From NCBI GenBank assembly GCA_977030845.1, contig OZ365111.1, forward strand, positions 46,376,001 to 46,440,000: 64,000 bases of DNA. The letters are read 5' to 3'. Positions 50,601 to 63,020 of this stretch are shown here, in pieces. The position numbers and the translations under genes are program-made. Positions within the stretch are counted from its first letter, which is position 1, and each line of letters opens with the position of its first letter. The notes beneath the pieces are model-generated. The model worked only from the letters and a program-made list of their open reading frames with translations. It searched no databases and was not told the origin of the DNA. The DNA is from Fimbriosthenelais zetlandica (taxonomy: Eukaryota).

Positions 50601-51499
50601 ACTTTGGTTACTTGCGACAGATTTAAGTACAATGTCCCATATTATCGTTGCATGCATTCCATGCATTGGCATTCTGCTGAGTCAACATGTCTGAACATGA
50701 AAGACAAAAACCCATCACCATGAAATGGGGTCATTGGACAATTATATAGGCTAAAATATTGTTGTGCAATGACCCCGGGGTGTGGAGACAAGGGCAGTTG
50801 GAAATCTGCAATTTATTGACTGTTCTCAAAACTGTCGGTTGTCAGAAAAGCGAAGTTGAGGGGATCTAAAAGCAAAGGGTCCAATTGGAGACTTTCTCTC
50901 TTGGGACAATTTTGAATGGGTTTACTGGGTCAGGTCAACCCAATTGGCCCCGCTCGCAGGCTAAATCAAAGCCGTGCCAATTGGTCCCAGCCAAAACGCA
51001 TTTTAATCTCATTTTTTTTGTCATTCTCTTTGAAAGCCTGGACTTTGTCCGTTCTACTGACACTGATGTCTTTGGAATAATCCCCTTCAGGAAGAAAGGA
51101 GTTCTTCATTCCATGACAGCGTGAATAATTGATACATGATAAGGGCGAAAAGCAGAGGAGAATTGGGACAAAACAAACTCTTTTTGTTGGTATTTCACAA
51201 TTACAGAACTGAAGCATGCTGCACAAAACGCACCAAAAAGCCATGTATTCAATGTAGATGGCGCATGCACCCAAATGTGGAAATTTTGAATAAATCACCA
51301 ATTTCAGATTAAAATAAAGTTCTCTCAGTCCAGTATAAAAATGCTGCATTTATGTACCTATATATAGGAGCATATGATTGGATTCTGGACTTGCTTTGTC
51401 CCCACCTCGCATGCTTTTCAGAGCTATTTTTATGTCGAAATGCCAGTATCAGTAACGGAACAAGACTTGCAATTAAAAGCCAGGAATATGAATGCGCTC

Positions 51500-52560
51500 A
51501 TGGGAGTTAGGCCCCCTCAGTGAACGACCACTGTAGTGAACGGGTCAGTTGGTCTATGGTGAGCTAATGAGCAACTCCCAGCCCCGAGGGGCTCGGGCAT
51601 GGGTCTGGTAGCCTTATCACTGTACGAATGGGGCAGCCTCGGGAGGAATATTGTGTATTGTGAGTAGCCCACTCATAGCCACGGTAGATATGGAGCTAAG
51701 CAGTGTGGGGGAAAAATGACTATTTACCATGGAATACATACGGCCATTTAACTGACAATGAGAGTGGGGCCCAGCTTGTCACAACAGCTAGGTTCTCTAT
51801 TATTGTCTTTCACAATGAATTCATATATGCGCATTATGGTGCTGTGTAGTTGGTATGCAACTAGTCAGTTAATATACAAGCACCAGTAGGGAGGAATATA
51901 AGATCATACATGTGTGGTTTAGGGACAATTGATTTCGCTCCATTAAAGATACAAAGTATTTCGGCTCACAACAATGGGGACCGAGGGACTACAAAGATCT
52001 ACTCTGAATTCATGTGGTATCTATAGCCGATTACATTGAAAACAACTTTCATTTCTTTTAATTCAGAGGGGACCTATTTCCCTGCCATTCTCAATGTTGT
52101 CATTGGTGTCTATTGCGCCCAGGTGAACCATTTCCCTAAAGGTTAATGGAAGCCACATGTTGAGCTTGGGTGGTGGAATGAATATAGACACCAAATGTCT
52201 CAATCCACACACACAAAGAGAGGGAGGATGTGCCGCTACACAATCTCCCACTCTGCACATCGAGCATATGGATTTACACACTATTTACCTGATGGCAGCT
52301 CTCACTGTGCTCTCTTCCTATACTCCCCCACTGAGCACCTCACCGCTGCTTCTTGATCGCTCGGGGACGAGCCCGAGCAGCTCAGAATCGCTCCACTTAG
52401 CGGGGCTTTAAATGGGTATCTCTCTTTGCATGGTTTGAAGGGCACTAGCGTCAATATGAATATTACCCTCTTACCTGGCCACTTTCCCTGAGTACAGAGG
52501 GAGTGGGCTTCCCATAAAGGTATGTTTATGGGAAGGTTACCCATTGGAGAGAGAGAGCAC
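51500..52560 (-). mobile_element. Decayed CR1/L2-type RT remnant
   Basis: PGKRVIFILTLVPFK (cf. GKxVxxIFLDxxKAFD), then MWLPLTFREMVHLG (cf. WIxxFLxxRxQxVxIG), then DKLGPTL at 51780-51760 (cf. GTKLGPxL), in collinear order. Confidence 0.4.
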
Positions 52561-53916
52561 TGAGAAATGAATTGTAGGAGCTCTATATATTGGTAGCTTC
52601 GGGAATAACCAACCTTTGGTTCCTATAGCTGCCAATTGCTTTGGTATGGGTATCACAGGCTCCTCAATTCAACTGATAAATTGCATTTGCAGAAGGAGTG
52701 TTCATATGCATGGCAATAATATTCACGCTAAAGCCAAAGAAAAAACGTCAATTCAGACAATTTCACCATACGAGCATTACAGCCATCCTATGAATTCATA
52801 ATGCATTACAAGGAACACTGCTGTGAGATACCTCAAAGTCGTTTTGTGCATCCAGATATATTTTTTGGGAACAAACCTAAAGAGAAAATTCCCATCCATA
52901 TGTTTAGTGTATAATCATAGACATATCGATCAAAGATGCATACTTTATACCGCATTGCATTTAGATCATAAGGTGGCTTATTTTATAATAATTCTCTGGT
53001 AAAAACACCGATAAATGTGTTCTTTTCAAAGGCCTCACCCTCATTATAATAAGTTAGCTAGATGATAAAGCCCCATCTGAGCATGCACTCATCATTCAGA
53101 ATGTGGGATCATTTTTTCCACTACGCCGACCCTCCGTACAATAGCTTGCCTGATTGAATTAGCTAATCAGCAAGACAAGGCATGCTAACAGCCTGGCATA
53201 GCCAAATCTCCTTAACGTGTATCATCACTGTCTCTCTAAATGTGGCAGGTGAAATCACACAACCTGGAAAACAGGCTAATTGAGTTGGGTTTTAGTTTGG
53301 TGGGATAATCATCTAGACTGCTTCAGCTGCCACGCATATTTCATTGGCAATGTCACTGAACTCAGTAATATCTCGAGTAACACTATTCTCATAATGGAGT
53401 TCATGGAATATCCCTATACTTTTTCAATCCAAGTGCACTTAACAAATAGAATTAAACTGTGTGTGTATGCATGTACTATGAAAAATCTGATACGCATACA
53501 TACAGACAATTATATTACTCCAAGGTAAAATGATAACATAAACAGTTTAATCTTCAAAATACTGTTGGATATTAAACCCCATTCATTAGCTAAAAGGTTC
53601 TAAAGGCGATATCAAGTACTTGACAGATGATTCAAAAACCTTTTGCTACTCAAGAAAATGCACAAAGAGGCTGCAGAACCCAAGGGTTGGCAAATGCCTT
53701 TGAGAAATGGGCCCCCGCGAACCCAATTTCCTAGAAATACTGGGTCCCAGCATGGGGCGATCCTCTTCATTTTTGTGTCAAACCCAATTTCATTGCACTA
53801 TGTTATATTCTTATATAGGACAGGGTAAGCACCAACCCTAAAACCTATACATTAACTTTATCAGGGATTATATCTTGTATAAAATCCATTTTTCTGATAT
53901 GACTAAATGAGATTAC

Positions 53917-54177
53917 CTTCTCTCCGTTGTTGTTCGGTTTGCCTCCACTTTAGGGTGAGGTCCACTCGTCTGTACTCGTGAGCCACCATGAAGGGTTTCT
54001 CCACCAGAGGTCGTAGTTTGTTGTAATACTCCCGGTCCTGTCTGGCGAGGTATGGTAGTGACCACTCGGACACGTTACGAGCCCGCTGGTGAAGCATATG
54101 GAGTCTGGCGACAGTAGACAGTGGTAGCTGCTGGTGGCGACCTTTCTCATACTCCATCAGCAAAACTAGGATCTGAC
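53917..54177 (-). CDS. Internal coding exon (261 nt, phase 1-1) of an unidentified protein: (G/R)QILVLLMEYEKGRHQQLPLSTVARLHMLHQRARNVSEWSLPYLARQDREYYNKLRPLVEKPFMVAHEYRRVDLTLKWRQTEQQRRE
   Basis: Acceptor tttcatatttttcag| at 54178-54179 and donor GAAG|gtaatc at 53916. Length is a multiple of 3, the frame is open (inside ORF 53903..54322), GC is higher than the flanks, and there are no transposon motifs. Family not recognised. Confidence 0.8.
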
Positions 54178-55329
54178 CTGAAAAATATGAAAGTTTCAAA
54201 CTGCAACATAGCTGAAACGTGACAGTAAAACTAGGATCTGACATTGACCTAAAAAACATGCAAGTTTCAAAGTGCAACTTGCTGAAATGTTTCCCCCTTA
54301 ACGTAAAATCAGTGGTCCACACAATGGATCAAGCGGGGCAAATAATCAAGACTGGGCCCCTTTACACAACAGTTAAGACAAACCAGTCTTACCAACTGAA
54401 CACAATACTTGTTTTGCTCTGGGAAACATTGAAAAAAACATTTAGGAACAAAAATCATAACAAGTTTGAAATGTAACTACTAGATATGAAAGTTGTAAAC
54501 TTTTCTCTCTTTCCTTTGAACTTTGTTAAAAAGACCTTGAAATGTTGAAGGTCATGTAAGGAAAGATAAAAAAAGAATCTAACTCTTTCTACAAGCTCTA
54601 CAAGTTTGCGTTGCCAATCTTGAAGCTAATCGGAAGTGATTGTTCGGGGGTTGAGATGGTAGTAGAAACTCAATATATATCAGTAAGAGTTCCGACCAAG
54701 TCAATGACCGCAGTCTAGGACATAAAAGCACCATTTCTACCTCCACCATTCCCGGTGAGCTTGGTTTATGTTTTTCCTTTGATTAACACGGCGGGTTGTA
54801 AGGCCTGAACGGAGTCACATTTAGTCAGTGACATTTGAATGGTTTTGTAAAATGTGAGGGCGCGGAGGTCTGAATGGCCGTCAATGTGAGATGTGACATC
54901 TATTAGTAAGAGAAATGCTCCATATCCTCTATGACTGGAAGGAAGATGTAAACTACTAGGAAACACTGATGATTAGTAAAGGGCATGTAAGATAGTAATG
55001 GGTGAATGCACTGTAGTAAAAGAGCATCAATATACTCAGTCCTTACTCAGTCCTTTCACTAGAATGGTTGAAAACTGCAATTTATGAATCCATATAACAG
55101 GATATTACTGTAACCTAACTGTTCATTCCCTCTAATGTTGACCATTAAAATGTTTCACTTATAGATTGCCAGCTGACACAAAGACTTTATATCTGCGATA
55201 CTTCTTATAATATTGTCCTAACTATGCAAGGAAGTGTATCCCAAGTTCATTGCATAATTTATAACTCAAAATTGTAAGGACATTCTAAAAGGCCATGGTT
55301 TTATGTGAGAATTACGATGATCAAAACTA

Positions 55330-57320
55330 AAATTTCAGATTAATTTGGTCAGGTGGTGTAGGTCTCAGTACAACCCTCTGGGAGTCATCCATGAGAGTGT
55401 AGACCTACAGATGTAAGAATATAGTGGTCTCTTGTACAACAAGAGTCAGACACACTCGGTTACAAGGCGCGGCAGCAGCTCAGTGATCAAGCAAATGTCT
55501 AAAGCAAACTTGTCCAGTGAGAATAACCCTGTCCCACAAAGAATGGCGGGGAGACAGAGACAAATGATTCACATGACAGACGAGGGGAGAGATGGATGAG
55601 AGAGGGGGAAGATTTGTCTGGAGTTCAGCTCTGGTCACATGCATCAAGCCTGGTCAGGTCCAGCATCTGTTATCCTCCCCCCAACTCCCGATCACCCGGC
55701 ATATTGGAACTGATGACCCTGCTATTGACACCCGGAGTTGGGGTCAAGGTTTGGACTGACCCCTCGCCAAGGTCCAGCCATGCCATGGTCAAGCCCGGCA
55801 GATGCGCTTTGACGGAGGTCTTATCAAGCAAAGGTTGTTGTAATGTGATTTTGGACTGGCCTGAAGCTATGATCTCATCATTGGTGGTGTGAGGGATGGA
55901 GGACTGCGGAGATTAGGTAAGGCTTTCTTGTGATGGCCAGAAAAGCCCGGGAGGTTCAAGACAGAGCAGCAGAGGTGGCTGAATGATGGTCATGATAAGA
56001 CCATCCTTGACCTCTTATAAGACTCGATAAATACCCATGCAAACATACCTTAAACTAGAGTGGAAGTGACTCTTTTGTCAAGGAGATGCAGCGGCAGTCA
56101 AGATGCGAAATAAGCACAGTGCGTCCCACTCGTTATCATGAATTATTGAGAAGACAAATTGAGTTTTCTTGTGAAACTCTTGTGATTTCTAATTGATTTA
56201 TGAGTGGCATGACCAGGTCTGGGAGATAACAGTTGAGGAGAGTAAATGATGGAGGAGGAAATCCCCTATGATCCATAGAGTGGCATCGCTCCAAGCCGCA
56301 ACAAAGGTCGCCTTTAGCAGCGCCGTATAGACTGAAGGTCTTCAATAATCCCACCCGATAAGACACAGAATCACTAGGAGGAAGTTTTTTTCATTTATAT
56401 TGAGCCAAACCAATGCAACTTGGGAATCAAGCACAGACTCGAAAGGCGGATAACTGGTCAATAACACTGTTAACTGGAGGATAAAAAGTCATCTGAACCT
56501 CGAGGCTGAGGCACTGGCATCGAACATTACAACCTGAAAAAGTAACTGAATATGCATGCAACAGTCAAGAAGGGGATCCGTCCCGGGAAACCCACAAAAA
56601 AAGGAGGTTTTCTGCGCTATTCAAAGCAGTGCATGCATGATACATCTGCCAGCATATTTCAACAGGCACAAATGCTTGTTTTGGCACTATGCCCTACGAG
56701 CCTGGAATGATACCTGGCTTCGTTTATGTATGTATATAGGATAAAATGGCCATAAAAAGCCACTGATGTGCCAGTACAATGTCCCAAAGTCAGTCATTAG
56801 TTGGGCCAGCTGTAGTATAACTGGAGATTGAGCCATCTAATGCCCCAACCATGACAGCCTCGAAGGTCAAATTTGACAGTAATGAATAGAAGAAACGAGC
56901 TGATCCTTCGACCATCGACAAAGACCAATTTCTCCCTCCTCCTCATCACCCTAGCCTGACTTGCATATTTCCGGGCTCCAGCCTGTGTAACTCTGGGGAC
57001 TGGGGTGCCACGATGCACATTTGTTGGGCCAAGATAGCAGAGGCGGTGCTGAGCCTCAGCCAGCAATTCCCAGAGATTACACGTTGTTCATAGCACCAGG
57101 AGGTAATACCCTACATACATCAATTAGCAGGTGATATACATTGCGTTAGAAGCTGCAGTCAGCATCCCCGGCCATTGCAAACTCCATGCATATTTGATGC
57201 CTTCTGGTTTATCAACTGGCAAGGTATGGGAATTAGGGAATGGTGTAATGAATTGCTTTCTAACTTCCAGCATTTTCTTGAAAAGGCTGACTGTAAGAGT
57301 TCTTGTACATGTATAAAACA
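55330..57320 (-). mobile_element. ~2-kb fossil CR1/L2-type ORF2 within the gene's intron
   Basis: Ordered motifs: LPDLVMPLINQL (ORF 56136..56366), CRCISLT at 56096-56076 (cf. YRPISLT), SFRP at 55868 (cf. GFRP), MAWLDL at 55783-55769 and LMDDSQ at 55395-55378 (cf. YADDTQ). Confidence 0.6.
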
Positions 57321-57482
57321 AACCAATCTAAAACATGTAACTGTGTGATTTCTATGATATATAAGACCTGCATGAATAGACCGCTCCGACGCCGCCAGAT
57401 TAGGCCACGCCCCCTAGTTACTGTTGCTACGTCCCACATTGAGCACGTCATACGCCGGTTCCCGCCATTCACAATGCCTTAC

Positions 57483-57600
57483 GCACGCGACACTTTGGCA
57501 GCATTGCCGAGTGATTTTCCCGTTTATTTAGCACAAACTCAATTAAATTTTCGATTTCAAGCCACATATAGACAAAGGTCTTAATATTTTCACCCATGAT
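57483..57600 (-). CDS. Candidate exon (118 nt, phase 0-1): IMGENIKTFVYMWLEIENLIEFVLNKRENHSAMLPKCRV
   Basis: Acceptor gaaatttttag| and donor GTGC|gtaagg. The frame is open and its phases bridge exon 1 or 2 (phase 0) to the 54177 exon (phase 1). It is AT-rich and abuts a LINE fossil, so it could be spurious. Confidence 0.3.
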
Positions 57601-58100
57601 CTAAAAATTTCGGGTTAGGAAACATCGAAATTGAGATAAAAGCGTGATGTCAGTGGTCCTTGTGATAAAGTGAGGCACATTGATTGTCACTGACATTGGC
57701 ATTGCTACCAATGAGATACCATGCTGATCATGTGCCAGAATAAGACACTGACATGAGTTCCGGTTATAAAATAGAGCAGGTCTTTATAGAGGAGAACTAT
57801 TCATTATTTAAATCTTATTATTTTATTTATTTCTTTTTTGGCCTGCACAGAGGCGAGGGAGTTATGGGGGTTTGGGGCCCTGTGCCTGTGGGCCTAGGCT
57901 AGGGATAGCATAGGCATTATACCGGTAGTGGTACTCGGTACGCTGGAGCTAGGCATAGGCTACTAACATCTACTAAGTAACAGGAAGCTTCAGAAGAAAA
58001 AGATTTAAAGTGTTTGTAATTAATAACCTACTGTTTTGATCTAGATAGGTCTAGTCCTTGCTCAGTTGACAGTTCCCCTGAGATTCACTGACACTCGCAC

Positions 58101-58187
58101 TGCATTCTGCCTTCCATGTGCTTTCTCGGGTAGGGCCCAGCCCCAGGGGTAATGTTTTGTGATGAGATCCCGTTTACAAAGAGTAAT
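58101..58187 (-). CDS. Candidate exon 2 (87 nt, phase 0-0): ITLCKRDLITKHYPWGWALPEKAHGRQNA; alternative donor at 58089
   Basis: Acceptor ggcctattacag|, open frame, phase-compatible with MGKECSQR. The donors (GCA|gtgcga or TCA|gtgaat) are only moderate. Confidence 0.3.
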
Positions 58188-59715
58188 CTGTAATAGGCCT
58201 ATTCCGTACATGTATGTATATTTCCTGAGTATCCTAACTCTGATTATTGAAAAGAAAAGAGCTGCTATTGAAAAGAAAAGAGCTGCAAGTTCTGCTCAGG
58301 CAGGGTTACTGTCTTTGGGAGTCGGACTACTAGTATTATTACGTCATGAACTTGTCCTGACAACGTGGAGTGACGGACTGTGTCGTCATATGGGTGGGTG
58401 GGGGGGGGGGGGGGGGGGGTTACTCTATTTTTCATTCACAAATTGGCTACACATATTTCTGTAGTACAATCAAGCTTAAATTTTATAATTACTCTATCAA
58501 GTTTAGTGTCTAGCCATTACCATTCCCAATGAACATAGGGCCTATGACTAGGAGTATTTAGGCCCTAGCCTAGCCTCCCTAGCCTAGTTGATCTATCTAT
58601 AACCTAGGCCTAAAACAAATTGTGAGGAAAAGCTGTAAAAAAATCCAACAGGTGGGGGACATGACAGGGGGGGACATGACCATGCCGATCCACAACCCCC
58701 TTGACCTTTGCCTTCACCTCATCTCCACCCCTTGCATTATAACCTCTGGCCCCACACAGGTACTCTGGGATTTAATTGGAGTATATCTAGCAAAAACTTG
58801 CAGGTGCCCCTCCCCATCTAGCCTATTATTAGAAGCAGTTACCTGAACCCATTTAGGCTAGGCCTATAATAATAGGCATATATTCTCTAATCAGTGCCTA
58901 TTATTGGAAGGTATAATTATTGTTATATTAAATCCAGAACAGAACTTGTAATGGATCGAATCTGCACATTAAATTTAGCTTCTCATATGGGTCTATATCG
59001 ACTCAATAGATTGTAGGTTCCCAGAATGTCATGGAAACTAAATTCTGATTCACTGATGACTTTTCAATCCAGGATGATTACTACGACCAAATTCCCAGAT
59101 TAAGCCCCTGATTTTGTATTAATTAAATTATAAATTAGGGTGGATGCAAAGCCAAGATCATAAATGATAGGCCTACATTAGATTTCAATAAAACATTAAC
59201 ACTATATTGCTTTAAATACATGTATTCAGATAAATGAATAATTTATATTCTTACACCTACATGATACACGGTGCTCAAAACCGTGATTTAAGACCCCAAC
59301 ACCCCACTACCCACCCTGCTGTAAAACTAAATCTTCAGGTGTTTTTAATAAAGAGCAACAGGTTTAATGAGGATATTTACGGTAGTACATTACATGATAC
59401 AATTTAGGCCCGCGGCCTATAATTTATAAACATTGATTCCGTTCTTGATATCAGATAGTGATAGAATAACTTCCAACATATATTTTGTGCAGAACTGGAT
59501 TTCATTTTCTGATATTTGGACCAACTAAATATACTAGAAAAATACCGGACGATAATATTTTAACTTGATTTACTTTAATTTTAGTTCATTCTCTGCAATG
59601 TTAACTTCCAATATTCAAAATTTAACAATATTCAACTTGATTAAATCATGAAGTCCCATAGTCCGAAATGTGGCCGGTAGTTAAGTTCCTGCTGGACTGC
59701 TGGAGCCTCTTAGAC

Positions 59716-59835
59716 CTTTGTTTTCCTTGAAATTGTTCCTCAAAGTCTTGAGATCTGCCATTCGTATGCGTGTTGATTTGAAGTTTAAGTCATTGTACCT
59801 CGGTAAGTGTAGAAGGCAGGTCAATCGGAGATACA
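59716..59835 (-). other. Alternative candidate exon containing ATG MADLKTLRNNFKENK (59761-59716, ends phase 1)
   Basis: Good acceptor ttttcgatttcag| but weak donor AAG|gtctaa. It would join the 54177 exon in frame (…ENKGQILV…). Confidence 0.2.
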
Positions 59836-60378
59836 CTGAAATCGAAAATGAGAATCAGTATTGTACATAACAGATTTCTACAATGTCTATTTTAAAATTA
59901 GAATTTTCCTACCTATTTTGGAAAGGGTTACATCCCAGGAAATTTTCAGGTTTCCAGGTACCTTGACCCTGTCACCCATTTTCTCTAACTCACTAATTGT
60001 GTAAAAAAAAATATTTTTCTCAGTTGTTCTCCAGTCCTTATTATTCCAAGAACATTCAGGCCCAGGGCTGGAAAATCCCGTATGCCTTATCGCCAAATGC
60101 GAATGAAAATTTTGCATTGGCGAGAATTCCATCAGGTAGATACTTAACAAATAAAACTTCATATACCGGTATATTTGATCTAAAAAAATCCAATCTAAAA
60201 AATCGCCACTTTTAGAGCCATCCTCACGAACTCGACACACTGCATGGGTTGAATTTTATTTGTTAGGTGTCTGTACCTAGTGAGTCACAATTTCAAAAAA
60301 AGTCAAAATGTTACTGAAGTTCCAATCTTTTACATTGTTCTCATGCCAAATAAAAACAATAGTAGGCTTAGGCTCTGA

Positions 60379-60567
60379 CTAAGTCACATTGAATCAGATT
60401 ATGTGAGATATTTGGGAAAGTATCTGAAATGTATTTCAGAATATTGATAAAAAGTGATTTCCGCTGTTTATACTCCTCTAAAATAACTTAGCCAATATCA
60501 GCAAAATCAGAGGTTGGTCACTTAGACCTAAACCAACTTGTCACCAAAGCAGAAAAATGTGACTTAG
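60379..60567. mobile_element. MITE-like ~190-bp element with a 12-bp perfect inverted repeat (CTAAGTCACATT…AATGTGACTTAG)
   Basis: Exact inverted 12-mers at 60379-60390 and 60556-60567 enclose an AT-rich non-coding interior. No clear TSD. Confidence 0.45.
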
Positions 60568-62074
60568 CCCTACCACAGTTAGGCCTATAGGTAGCCCAGG
60601 ACGGTGGGCCTATAATAGGCTTATTTCTGTTGGGCGCTAGTCTAGATATATATGTAAAAAGAATCTGTACTAGGATTGTTTATTTAAGACCTTATTTTGA
60701 GTTCCAAAATGCACCAATTATCGGAAAATTATACCTTAAATTTCGAATTTTTTACAATGATTAACTTGCCAAGCTGTGACGAGTAGATTCAAATGTTTGC
60801 TGGCCAAACAACTATATGCAGTAAAATTCCAATGGAATTTTCGAGCCCTGTCAGCCAGGGTTTTCTTTTTATTCAATATATATGAATTAGGCCTACCTAT
60901 TTCACTTCCCTCCTATTGTGCTTAGACTTAGTTGTGACGGTTCCCTGATTACATAAGTGGGCATTCGACCTCAGTCCTGGATGCTGGATTGTAGGATCAT
61001 TTCTTCCAATGTAGACATGTATAGCTAAAAATAAAACGAGAATATTATTTCCATGTCGTCTAATCCGGTCAAACACACAGTTAGTTGGTAATTAAAATAA
61101 AAGAATTTTTTTTATTATACCCCTGATACTGATCTCCCATAGCCATCTTGCCGTCTATTGAGAAATTTTGGATTATATAGGGGGCTTATAGGCCTGCCGG
61201 TTATTTATGAGGCCAGAATACATCACCAGGACAAAATATGAGGTGCTGGGTCGGGGTGTCGTTGTGGGGGGGGGGGGGGGGGGGGGGGGCGGATGAATTT
61301 TCAGAACTTCCTCAGGGTTGATTTAAGGACTTTCCGGCTCTTGGATTTGTGGACAGGATTTTACAGGGCAATTTTACGAACTCTGAACCTAGGCTACAGC
61401 CTAGTAGAGGCCTTAATTAAAATGTTGTGTTTGTCATCGGATGAGTATTGTGTTGGGGGGGGGGGGGGGGGGGGGGTCAATGGTGGCGTGTCAAGGTTCT
61501 AAATCTAAGTCTTATAGGTAGGATTTCAAAGTCTAGATAGTATTCATTGTTTAGATTTAGATCCACATTATAAAGTACCAAAATTATAACATCCGGTCAT
61601 CCCCAGGGAATAGTTTAGTCACTTTAGAATAGTTTGATACGGTGAGCCTACGGTGAGACGGAGATTAGAGAGGCCCCTAGTGTGCTAGTAGGCCTACCTA
61701 AATCCCTGTATTCTATAGTTAGGTGTGCTAGATGGCCAAATGCATCTTTACTGACTTTAGTATCAAATTTTAACTTCTGGCTGTAACACTACCAGGTTGT
61801 AGGCTGCTTGAAATTTCTTTCTGTCAGATTCTCCGAGGCCGAGCCTCTGACTCTCATTAAGTGTCAGTGTCAGTGACACTGACAGTGCTGGTGTCACCGG
61901 ATAGACCTAGTATAGGCTCGATATTTCGGAATATTCTAACGAGTTATTTCTAAAAATTCCACTAAATTAAATGACATTTGTTCCGAGTGAATGTTTCCCG
62001 ACTAATTATTTGTTCTCAGGTCTTGTGAATAATAAATAGGCCCTAGCCTAAGTTGACAAGAGAGAAAAACTTAC

Positions 62075-62098
62075 CCTCTGAGAGCACTCCTTGCCCAT
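62075..62098 (-). CDS. Probable first coding segment MGKECSQR (phase 0) at the 3' end of exon 1; the 5'UTR extends toward about 62200-62270
   Basis: Perfect donor CAGAGG|gtaagt at 62074. The ATG at 62098 has a good Kozak context (ctcaacATGg) and lies immediately downstream of the promoter motif cluster. Confidence 0.5.
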
Positions 62099-62279
62099 GT
62101 TGAGTTTGTCGGCATTCCGCCGGTCATGAGCTGCTCCACACGCGTTTATCCATCATTTACAGATCTCAGGCTGTCTGTGGCTTTGTAAATCAAACTTACT
62201 AATCATTCTCGCATAGTTTGTGCATATAAAATTTCGTCTCGACTGCCTTTCACCGCTCAAATCAATGAATTGTGATGAG

Positions 62280-62432
62280 ATTGACGTCGTTTCACGCCGT
62301 CCACATGTGACGTAGCGTGTGGGACTTTGTGGGACAAAATGGCGGCCGTGACAACACGACGTGACGCACGTGGGTAGCGACGTTTCTGATTGGCTAAGAC
62401 AAAAGTTTGATTGACAGGTGGGGGCGTGGTCG
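62280..62432. promoter_or_regulatory. CpG-rich housekeeping-type core/proximal promoter
   Basis: TGACGTC at 62282; YY1-type AAAATGGCGGC at 62336-62346; TGACGCA/CACGTG at 62362-62372; CCAAT box (ATTGG at 62389); GC box GGGGCGTGGT at 62421-62430. High CpG density in otherwise CpG-poor DNA, about 200 bp upstream of a perfect donor. Confidence 0.75.
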
Positions 62433-62769
62433 GAGCGGTCTATTGATGGCATGAAAACAGCATCCATTTCAAGTGCCACATCGAAAAATGTTTTGTGACA
62501 ACTTGTGTCAGAAGGAAATCTTGTGTCATTGAAAAGGATTATAGAAAGGCATTTTAAACATTTTTCAGCAGATCAAAAAATATTTGTAGCCCATTCTGAC
62601 ACAAGTCAATGTCCTGCATGATAATTCAGCCTATATTTTACTTTTCACTGCATACATACTGGCTGCTTTCTAACTATATTTATAGCAAAATAAAGAAAAA
62701 TCCCCAAGGTACCTCATTAGCTTCCTCGCACGCCTTCTTGCATCTCAAAATATAGAAAAGTTGAGGAAA

Positions 62770-63020
62770 TGGCCATTACCTCAGTCCCCAACAGGCGCGA
62801 CCATCGATTCGCACCAACGTGGGGCTCGTTTCCAATGCTTCTGTCATTCTGCGTCTAAAAGTTGCCAGAAGTTGCAGGTGTTGCAATATGAGTGTCAATG
62901 GGCCGTTTTAGTGGCGGATACCTCGCTCTGGCATTGTGATAATCGCTTAAGCTGGTGCTTGTGCCCTTCTAAACCGATTTGCCAGCACCTGCCTGTCACT
63001 GAGACTTCGCTTCTTTAACA
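62770..63020 (-). mobile_element. Possible Penelope-like GIY-YIG endonuclease remnant
   Basis: The frame TGRCWQIGLEGHK…QLLDAE*QKHWKR resembles TGRxLxxRLxEHK…ILDxExxxxKR and contains stops. Confidence 0.3.
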
